Below are positions 1-5,008 of a stretch of 5,010 nucleotides of DNA, one piece after another. Origin of the DNA: PVC group bacterium (GTDB taxonomy: Bacteria > GCA-001730085 > JADFSZ01). Under the pieces are notes generated by a model. It was not told where the DNA came from. It made no database searches and worked only from the letters and a program-made list of their open reading frames with translations. The DNA lies in NCBI GenBank assembly GCA_022560555.1, contig JADFSZ010000134.1, forward strand, positions 1 to 5,010, read 5' to 3'. The position numbers and the translations under genes are program-made. Within the stretch, counting starts at the first letter, position 1. Every line of letters begins with the position of its first letter.

Positions 1-428
1 TTAGAGTAAAAAAAATGGTTCGCAATCTGAAACTGACGTTCAAGCGTTTCATTAATTCTTTGACTTGACGGAAAATTATCAACCAGTTTTTGATACTCTA
101 AATGGGCCTGATAAAATTCCCCCATCTTTTTAAAGGATTCGCCTGTCAGGAACTGTGCTTCAGGAGCATATTCGCTAAAGGGGTAATATACGGCTAAATT
201 CGCAAATTCTTTGCTCGCCCGTTTATAATCATGGGCGTCATATTTTTCCATCGCCCATATAAACTGATCCTCAGGAGTGCTTTTCACAGCCCACTTCGGA
301 TTGATCCACTTACCCGTTTCAGGCGTCCACATCCAGTAGGCATCGCTCATCTTGATGGGGCCCAAATCGAGCCATAAAATGACGAACACTACAAACAAGC
401 ATATTCGTATGCGCTTGAAAACAAACAT
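1..428 (-). CDS. BamD/YfiO-like TPR outer-membrane assembly protein, N-terminal 142 codons; 3' end lies beyond the left edge of the window
   Basis: My own translation from ATG (428..426) gives an open frame to position 3 with no stop: MFVFKRIRICLFVVFVILWLDLGPIKMSDAYWMWTPETGKWINPKWAVKSTPEDQFIWAMEKYDAHDYKRASKEFANLAVYYPFSEYAPEAQFLTGESFKKMGEFYQAHLEYQKLVDNFPSSQRINETLERQFQIANHFFYS... It has a hydrophobic N-terminus followed by the A..Y..A...F..L...YP.S.YA.EAQ pattern, repeated as Y..L...FP.S, which is typical of BamD/YfiO-type TPR proteins. It is missing from the ORF track because no stop codon lies inside the window. AGGGGA lies 9 nt upstream of the ATG. Confidence 0.5.
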   Translation of the reverse strand, partial: MFVFKRIRICLFVVFVILWLDLGPIKMSDAYWMWTPETGKWINPKWAVKSTPEDQFIWAMEKYDAHDYKRASKEFANLAVYYPFSEYAPEAQFLTGESFKKMGEFYQAHLEYQKLVDNFPSSQRINETLERQFQIANHFFYS

Positions 429-458
429 TTTATATCTTCCCCTAACGAGAAAATATTA

Positions 459-487
459 AGTTTAACATTGAACCAATAGAGAGTCAA
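459..487 (-). promoter_or_regulatory. Candidate sigma70-type promoter for the BamD-like gene (TTGACT, 17-nt spacer, TAAACT, with a TG extended -10)
   Basis: The minus strand reads TTGACT (487..482), ctctattggttcaatgt (17 nt), then TAAACT (464..459). The TG sits one base upstream of the -10 hexamer (TGtTAAACT). The site is about 30 nt upstream of the ATG at 428. This is a sequence match only. Confidence 0.35.
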
Positions 488-540
488 TCACTCATAAGAA
501 AGTACCCTCTCTTGCGACTGAAAAGATTGCTTGGGCCTAT

Positions 541-1695
541 CTACGGCCCCCATCTGCGGTATTCTTTATCCGCGTAACGATCTGTCATCCCCGCGATATA
601 GTCACATATAGCCTGATAGAGTTCTTTTTTGCTGTTTTTGTTTATCTCTCCTGAAACGTGATCCGGCAATTTTTGAGGATCGTGCAAATAGATAGAAAAA
701 AGTGTCGATAGTGTTTCTTTTGCTTTCTGCGTGATTTGATAAACCTTGGGGTGATTGTACACATTGTCTACTAGGAATTCTTTTAAGATCATTCGATCGT
801 TCTCTATGTCATCATCAAAAGACACAAGGGGTTCTTTCCATTTCCTCACTTCCGCTACAGAGGTAACCTGACTTTTTTTTATTCTGTCCGTGGAATGACG
901 AATAAGACCTGTAATTAATTCATTCATGAGAACACGTAGGCTCATGGAACGCCAAATCTCTTTGTCGTTCACAGCCCCTTTTAATCGATTGGCAATTCGA
1001 GACCACATGGGGACTTCGCTTAGGGACTCCATAGAAATAAGTCCCGCGCGAATACCATCATCAATGTCGTGAGTATCATAAGTTATCTCATCGGCAATAT
1101 TAGCCACTTGGGCTTCTAACGACAAAAATGGACATTGTTCATTAAAATCGGAATCAATAGCTTTCGCCCTTTGAAATGTTTTTTTATGTTTCATGAATCC
1201 TTCACGAACTTCCCAGGTTAAATTGAGACCGTCAAAATCCGGATAGCGTTTCTCAAGCAAACTAACAATTCGAAACCCATGAAAATTATGATCAAATCCT
1301 CCGTACGATTTCATGATTTGATCAAGAACATCTTCACCGGCATGCCCAAATGCCGTGTGGCCGATATCATGCGCGAGCGCAATCGCCTCGGCGAGTGTCT
1401 CGTTGAGACACAGAACTTTGGCAATCGTTCTCGCGACTTGAACCACTTCAATCGTATGTGTCAAACGCGTTCGGTAGTGATCCCCTTCATGATTGAGAAA
1501 AACCTGTGTTTTATATTCGAGTCGTCTAAACGCCGTAGAATGAATAATGCGATCCCGATCTCTTTGGAAATCAGATCGAATCGCCGAAACATCTTCATTG
1601 TATTTTCGCCCATAAGAATCCTGACTATGAACTGCGTAGGAAGCCAGCGATTCATCCTCAAGCGCTTCAATTCGTTCTTTAATTGTATTTGTCAT
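541..1695 (-). CDS. dgt: Deoxyguanosinetriphosphate triphosphohydrolase-like protein (type-2 dGTPase / dNTP triphosphohydrolase, HD superfamily), 384 aa
   Basis: Full ORF from ATG 1695..1693 to TAG 543..541. The N-terminus (SYAVHSQDSYGRKYNED...RSDFQRDRDRIIHSTAFRRLEYKTQVF...EGDHYRTRLTHTIEVVQVARTIA) and the HD metal site (LAHDIGHTAFGH, with H109-D110 at 1371..1366, checked as cat gat on the minus strand) are typical of the roughly 380-aa dGTPase-like family. The C-terminal DYIAGMTDRYA motif is also family-typical. Confidence 0.9.
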   Translation of the reverse strand: MTNTIKERIEALEDESLASYAVHSQDSYGRKYNEDVSAIRSDFQRDRDRIIHSTAFRRLEYKTQVFLNHEGDHYRTRLTHTIEVVQVARTIAKVLCLNETLAEAIALAHDIGHTAFGHAGEDVLDQIMKSYGGFDHNFHGFRIVSLLEKRYPDFDGLNLTWEVREGFMKHKKTFQRAKAIDSDFNEQCPFLSLEAQVANIADEITYDTHDIDDGIRAGLISMESLSEVPMWSRIANRLKGAVNDKEIWRSMSLRVLMNELITGLIRHSTDRIKKSQVTSVAEVRKWKEPLVSFDDDIENDRMILKEFLVDNVYNHPKVYQITQKAKETLSTLFSIYLHDPQKLPDHVSGEINKNSKKELYQAICDYIAGMTDRYADKEYRRWGP

Positions 1696-1719
1696 GAAAT
1701 TGGGATAGGGACTATTGAC

Positions 1720-2202
1720 TCAGCCAGAGATTTTTTGTAGTAATTTTTTATAAGAACTTGCAAGAGTTTCGGGAAGAACTTTTGTTTTACCTACAACAGG
1801 CATAAAGTTTGAGTCTCCCTGCCATCGAGGGACAATATGAACATGAAGATGGCCCGGAAGTCCTGCTCCCGCAACAGCCCCAATGTTGATGCCAATGTTA
1901 AAACCATGTGGATTAAGAGCCTTTTGGCAAATACACTGAGCCTCGCGCACACCCAAAAACAAATCCAACAATTCCTCGTGATCCAAATCAATCAATCCGG
2001 AAACATGACGATTCGGCACGGCAAGAAGATGGCCGTTGCTGTAGGGATACCGATTGAGGACAAGAAAGGATTTTTCTCTGCGAACCAAAACAGTATTTTT
2101 AGCATCTTCCTTCGATTCAAATGCCGCGCAAAAAACACACCCTTCTTCCTTTTTATCATCCACAATGTATTCCATTCTCCACGGCGTCCACAGTCTGTCC
2201 AT
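1720..2202 (-). CDS. HIT-family protein of the Ap4A-phosphorylase / GalT-like branch (histidine triad nucleotide hydrolase/transferase), 160 aa
   Basis: The histidine triad GHLHVHIVPRW is present; HLHVH is at 1851..1837, checked as cat ctt cat gtt cat on the minus strand. The N-terminus MDRLWTPWRMEYI and the downstream RW.GD.NFMPV motif are typical of this HIT subgroup. I place the start at ATG 2202..2200 rather than at the track's GTG at 2322. Homologues as I recall them begin at M-x-R-L-W-x-P-W-R, and AAGGGGG lies 4 nt upstream of this ATG. The stop codon is 24 nt from the dgt start. Confidence 0.8.
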   Translation of the reverse strand: MDRLWTPWRMEYIVDDKKEEGCVFCAAFESKEDAKNTVLVRREKSFLVLNRYPYSNGHLLAVPNRHVSGLIDLDHEELLDLFLGVREAQCICQKALNPHGFNIGINIGAVAGAGLPGHLHVHIVPRWQGDSNFMPVVGKTKVLPETLASSYKKLLQKISG

Positions 2203-2206
2203 TATA

Positions 2207-2219
2207 CCCCCTTCGGGGG
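2207..2219 (-). promoter_or_regulatory. All-GC stem-loop CCCCC-GAA-GGGGG in the HIT 5' leader; its 3' arm is the Shine-Dalgarno-like run
   Basis: The minus strand reads ...attt CCCCC GAA GGGGG tata ATG. It forms five consecutive G-C pairs with a 3-nt loop and ends 4 nt before the ATG at 2202. The GGGGG arm is the only purine-rich SD candidate for this start. No U-tract follows, so it is not a canonical terminator. Confidence 0.35.
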
Positions 2220-2222
2220 AAA

Positions 2223-2249
2223 TCCGAATTTCGAAATCCGAAGTCCGAA
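2223..2249. repeat. Three direct TCCGAA hexamers plus an embedded 16-bp near-palindrome (CGAATTTC|GAAATCCG)
   Basis: On the plus strand TCCGAA occurs at 2223..2228, 2237..2242 and 2244..2249. A 10-bp perfect palindrome ATTTCGAAAT lies at 2228..2237 and extends to 16 bp (2225..2240) with one mismatch. That mismatch becomes a G.U pair in the minus-strand RNA. The adjacent GC hairpin (ccCTTCGGgg) contains a related TTCGG unit in inverted orientation. The repeats are certain; their function is unknown. Confidence 0.4.
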
Positions 2250-2371
2250 ACCCAAAAAGACAAAAACAATAGATCTGTTTGAAATCTCGATATTCGATTT
2301 TTGATATGAATTTCCCATCCACCAGAATCGTTCATAAAACATAATAAAAGGTCTTCGTTCTATGGTGTTAT

Positions 2372-3502
2372 CTAGAATACGACTAGTTCGTCCCGATGAA
2401 TCACTTCATCCGGTACTTTTCCGTCAATAAGTTTTTTAATTTCGCTCGTCCGTTTTCCTCGAATGAGACGTATTTCCTGAGAGGAAAATCCTGTTCGGCC
2501 GCGGGCAATGAGTTTCCCGTCTTCTGTGACAATATCGACGACGTTACCCTTTTGAAACTCCCTGTCAACAGCGAGTATTCCTGATGCCAAAAGACTCCGT
2601 CCCGCAGAATTTTTGAGGGCCTGTTCGGCTCCGGAATCCACAACAAGCTTTCCCTTGGGCTGACCGACGAATGCCAGCCACCGTTTTTTATGTTTCATTT
2701 TTTGTCCATGAGGATAGAAGATCGTTCCTACATCTTCTCCGTTCATGATACGAACCAGCACATCTTTTCTTTTACCATCCGCCAAAATCATCATTTCTCC
2801 GGATACCACAACAATTTTTGCCGCATCTAATTTTGTGCGGATACCTCCTATCCCGCGATAAGCGCGTGTTCCTTCAGCCATCATCTCGATATCACGGTCG
2901 ATTTTTGTAACAACCGGAATCGTTTGGAAGTTTTTCCCTTTGACACGAGGATCTCCCGTCATGAGCCCCTCGATATCGGACAAAATAATAAGCAAATCAG
3001 CCTGAATAAGATGAGTACAATAAGCGGCTAAACGGTCGTTATCCCCAAATTCGATTTCCTCAACAGCCACTGTATCGTTTTCGTTAATGACCGGTATAAT
3101 TTTCATCGATAGTAGTTCGTTAAGAGTGTTTTTGGCATTCACATATCTTTCCCTTGATGCCAAATCATCTCGAGTCAACAGAACCTGCGCTGTATTGATT
3201 CCGTGTTTTTCAAACAGTTTTTGATAAATATGCACCAAACGGCCTTGCCCCACCGCGGCGCTGGCTTGCTTTGTTGTTAAGTTTTTCGGCCGCGTTGTAT
3301 AGCCCAGAACATGAGCCCCGACAGAAATAGCCCCTGAGCTCACGAGAATAAGCTCATAGCCCTTTTTGTGCAAAACAGCCATCTCCCGGACAAGCTTTCG
3401 AATATGAACTGTGTTGAGCTCTAAATTGTTCTTTGTCAGAATGGCTGTTCCAACTTTAACAACAACTCTTTTAACTTTTTTTAATGATGCCTTGCGTTCC
3501 AC
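2372..3502 (-). CDS. proB: Glutamate 5-kinase with C-terminal PUA domain, 376 aa
   Basis: Full ORF from a GTG start (3502..3500, cac on the plus strand) to TAG 2374..2372. The N-terminal amino-acid-kinase fold signature is KRVVVKVGTAILT. Also present are VSSGAISVG, NENDTVAVEEIEFGDNDRLAA, and a C-terminal PUA-like segment (GKLVVDSGAEQAL...GILAVDREFQKGNVVDIVTEDGKLIARGRTGFSSQEI). It starts 21 nt downstream of the obg stop. Confidence 0.95.
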   Translation of the reverse strand: MERKASLKKVKRVVVKVGTAILTKNNLELNTVHIRKLVREMAVLHKKGYELILVSSGAISVGAHVLGYTTRPKNLTTKQASAAVGQGRLVHIYQKLFEKHGINTAQVLLTRDDLASRERYVNAKNTLNELLSMKIIPVINENDTVAVEEIEFGDNDRLAAYCTHLIQADLLIILSDIEGLMTGDPRVKGKNFQTIPVVTKIDRDIEMMAEGTRAYRGIGGIRTKLDAAKIVVVSGEMMILADGKRKDVLVRIMNGEDVGTIFYPHGQKMKHKKRWLAFVGQPKGKLVVDSGAEQALKNSAGRSLLASGILAVDREFQKGNVVDIVTEDGKLIARGRTGFSSQEIRLIRGKRTSEIKKLIDGKVPDEVIHRDELVVF

Positions 3503-3523
3503 AAAGAAACCTTTTATTGATTT

Positions 3524-4519
3524 TTATTCTTTAAAATTGTCAAATATTTTTTTTATTTCGCATAAAAGCTCATCGCAGCCAATTTTTTCTTTCGCGGACA
3601 CGGCCATAACGGACTCATTTGAAAGTGATTTTTTGAAATCCTTTAAACATTTTTCTGAAGTCGTCATGTCTATCTTATTGGCAACAACAATATACGGTTT
3701 GCGAAGAATCTGATCGTTATAGAGCGAAATTTCTTTTTGAAGAACATGGAAGTCCTGAGCGGGATCTCTCTTAGATTCTCCTCCAACATCACAGATAAAA
3801 ATCAGGCCCTTCGTTCTCTCAATGTGCCGTAAAAATTCAAACCCTAATCCTGCACCATCATGCGCCCCCTCGATCAGGCCGGGAATGTCCGCGATAATAA
3901 TACGATCAAAATCAGTGTATTCCACGACTCCCAGATTGGGATTGAGAGTGGTAAAAGGATAAGACGCAATTTTCGGATGGGCATCAGAAAGAACAGATAT
4001 CAAAGTTGATTTCCCGGCATTGGGAAGTCCGACAAGGGCAAAATCCGCTATGAGTTTAAGCTCAAGATGCAGCGTCTGCTCCTCCCCGGCACGGCCGAGC
4101 TCTTTCTGTCTCGGCGCACGGTTTGTTGAGCTCACAAAACGGGCATTGCCGCGTCCGCCTTGGCCCCCTTTAAGAATGACGACCTTTTCCCTGTCTTTTG
4201 TCAGATCCGCTATAATGTGCTTTTGGACATCATATATTTGCGTCCCGATCGGAAGAATAATTTCAATATCACCCCCCCCGGAACCGGTTTTATTCTTACC
4301 CTGTCCATGATGTCCCGAACGGGCCCGATAGCTCGCGTTGTAGTGAAAATCCATCAACGTCATCACATCTTTGGATGCGATAAAAATAACGTCTCCGCCC
4401 TTCCCGCCGTCACCTCCGTCGGGTCCTCCGAGCGGTACAAATTTCTCGCGAAGAAAACTGACACAACCATTTCCGCCATCGCCGGCTTTAACTTTAATTT
4501 TGACATGATCAATAAACAT
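3524..4519 (-). CDS. obg: GTPase Obg/CgtA, 331 aa (minimal two-domain form: glycine-rich Obg fold plus G domain, no extra C-terminal domain)
   Basis: Full ORF from ATG 4519..4517 to TAA 3526..3524. The N-terminus is FIDHVKIKVKAGDGGNGCVSFLREKF.PLGGPDGGDGGKGGDV. The G1 motif GLPNAGKS is at 4030..4007, checked as gga ctt ccc aat gcc ggg aaa tca. G3 is DIPGLIEGA, G4 is NKID and G5 is SAK. Confidence 0.95.
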   Translation of the reverse strand: MFIDHVKIKVKAGDGGNGCVSFLREKFVPLGGPDGGDGGKGGDVIFIASKDVMTLMDFHYNASYRARSGHHGQGKNKTGSGGGDIEIILPIGTQIYDVQKHIIADLTKDREKVVILKGGQGGRGNARFVSSTNRAPRQKELGRAGEEQTLHLELKLIADFALVGLPNAGKSTLISVLSDAHPKIASYPFTTLNPNLGVVEYTDFDRIIIADIPGLIEGAHDGAGLGFEFLRHIERTKGLIFICDVGGESKRDPAQDFHVLQKEISLYNDQILRKPYIVVANKIDMTTSEKCLKDFKKSLSNESVMAVSAKEKIGCDELLCEIKKIFDNFKE

Positions 4520-4593
4520 GAAGCGATAATGAGGTCGAATGATATGAAGTAAACATTATGAGTATCCTGCAATCCATCACGGGTTTGTGTGAT

Positions 4594-4842
4594 TTATATA
4601 ACGCTGACAAATGTTCCCTTCACGCGTTTCTTTTTAAAGTTCACAATACCGCTTTTGACGGCAAACAAGGTATCATCTTTTCCTTTTTTAACATTGACGC
4701 CCGGATGAAAAACCGTGCCTCGTTGGCGAACAAGTATATTTCCGGAAATGACTTTTTCCCCTCCAAAACGCTTCACTCCCAGTCTTTTCGAATGGCTGTC
4801 TCTTCCGTTTCTAGATGTTCCCTGTCCTTTTTTATGTGCCAT
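4594..4842 (-). CDS. rpmA: 50S ribosomal protein L27, 82 aa
   Basis: The sequence [61 protein letters not shown]... is canonical L27. I place the start at ATG 4842..4840, not at the track's TTG at 4920, because a perfect AAGGAGG lies 5 nt upstream and L27 conventionally begins MAHKK. There is no Firmicute-type cleavable N-terminal extension. Confidence 0.95.
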   Translation of the reverse strand: MAHKKGQGTSRNGRDSHSKRLGVKRFGGEKVISGNILVRQRGTVFHPGVNVKKGKDDTLFAVKSGIVNFKKKRVKGTFVSVI

Positions 4843-4847
4843 AATAA

Positions 4848-4854
4848 CCTCCTT
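4848..4854 (-). promoter_or_regulatory. Shine-Dalgarno sequence AAGGAGG for rpmA
   Basis: The minus strand reads ctAAGGAGGttattATG, a perfect 7-nt anti-SD complement with a 5-nt spacer. Confidence 0.75.
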
Positions 4855-4879
4855 AGGTAAAGTCCCAATGTTAAAATCT

Positions 4880-5008
4880 AAATGACAAAATAATGCTTTC
4901 AGCATAAATCTAAAATCCAAAGCTCAAATGTCAAATTTAAAGATATTGTGCTTTGTTTGTCATTTGTCATTTATTATTTCTTCGCGTAAGCAAAGTTTTT
5001 TGTCATTT
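4880..5008. repeat. Decamer array TTTGTCATTT / AAATGACAAA: four perfect copies and one 9/10 copy
   Basis: Perfect plus-strand copies of TTTGTCATTT lie at 4956..4965, 4963..4972 (a tandem pair with a 7-bp offset) and 4999..5008. A perfect inverted copy, AAATGACAAA, lies at 4880..4889. A 9/10 inverted copy, AAATGTCAAA, lies at 4927..4936 and overlaps the candidate -35 hexamer. A separate 9-mer, AAATCTAAA, is repeated at 4874..4882 and 4906..4914 and flanks the leader hairpin. Confidence 0.5.
4907..4934 (-). promoter_or_regulatory. Candidate sigma70-type promoter for rpmA (TTGACA, 16-nt spacer, TAGATT)
   Basis: The minus strand reads TTGACA (4934..4929), tttgagctttggattt (16 nt), then TAGATT (4912..4907). 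This predicts a leader of roughly 55-60 nt containing the 5-bp hairpin ATGCT-gaa-AGCAT (4893..4905) and one decamer copy. This is a sequence match only. Confidence 0.35.

Noticed and set aside
498-515. Imperfect hairpin AAGAGAG-ggua-CUUUCUU after the dgt stop, considered as a terminator
   Set aside because: The stem is 7 bp, AU-rich and includes a G.U pair, and no U-tract follows. That is not convincing for an intrinsic terminator. It may still be a weak structure.
873-880. Homopolymer runs of 7-8 A/T inside coding regions (873..880 in dgt, 3547..3554 in obg, 3476..3482 in proB, 8..15 in the BamD-like gene), considered as slippage or phase-variation tracts
   Set aside because: All are in-frame AAA-AAA (Lys-Lys) or TTT-TTT (Phe-Phe) codon pairs in essential or housekeeping genes of an AT-rich genome. 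The reading frames are intact and nothing suggests programmed frameshifting.
1461-1670. Minus-strand out-of-frame nested ORFs: 1461..1670, 1791..1991, 2401..2646 and 4363..4572
   Set aside because: Each lies in an alternative frame inside (or, for 4363..4572, across the 5' end of) dgt, HIT, proB or obg. They are short, lack motifs and have no independent translation signals.
541-1695. dGTPase-like gene as an anti-phage dNTP-depletion defence gene
   Set aside because: The family includes defence enzymes. Here, however, the gene is embedded co-directionally among core genes with no integrase, transposase, restriction-modification, toxin-antitoxin or other defence neighbours, and no visible compositional break. 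A housekeeping role is more parsimonious. The idea is kept only as a low-interest check under the HIT-dgt finding.
1279-1740. Plus-strand 153-aa ORF from the track
   Set aside because: It lies entirely antisense to the strongly family-typical dgt gene. The sequence is low-complexity with no recognisable motif and no SD. This is a shadow ORF.
2201-2206. Perfect TATAAT hexamer overlapping the HIT start codon (ggggTATAATgg on the minus strand)
   Set aside because: As a -10 box it would start transcription inside the HIT ORF, downstream of the conserved MDRLWTPWR N-terminus. The best -35 candidate at the right spacing (TTCGGA) is poor. It is probably coincidental in AT-rich sequence.
1837-2304. 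Plus-strand 155-aa ORF, and the nested 72-aa ORF at 2054..2272
   Set aside because: Both are antisense to the HIT gene and its leader, with no recognisable domain. The opposite strand carries the verified HLHVH triad.
2396-2584. Plus-strand 62-aa ORF
   Set aside because: It is antisense to the proB PUA-domain region. This is a shadow ORF.
3411-3713. Plus-strand 100-aa ORF spanning the proB/obg junction
   Set aside because: It is antisense to two conserved genes and has no motif support.
4020-4552. Plus-strand ORFs of 96 aa (4020..4310) and 130 aa (4160..4552)
   Set aside because: Both are antisense to obg, whose P-loop and glycine-rich fold I verified on the minus strand. The Pro/Ser/Arg-rich translation is the typical mirror image of a Gly-rich coding strand.
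4574-4593. Hairpin ATCAC-N8-GTGAT just after the rpmA stop, considered as a terminator or attenuator before obg
   Set aside because: The stem is only 5 bp with an 8-nt loop and no U-tract. rpmA-obg read-through is the simpler interpretation.
4558-4860. Plus-strand 100-aa ORF
   Set aside because: It is antisense to rpmA (canonical L27). This is a shadow ORF.
4843-4920. Track's 108-aa version of the L27 ORF, starting at TTG 4920
   Set aside because: The extension ([26 protein letters not shown]) runs through the perfect AAGGAGG SD and the predicted promoter and leader. L27 begins at MAHKK, so the start is 4842.
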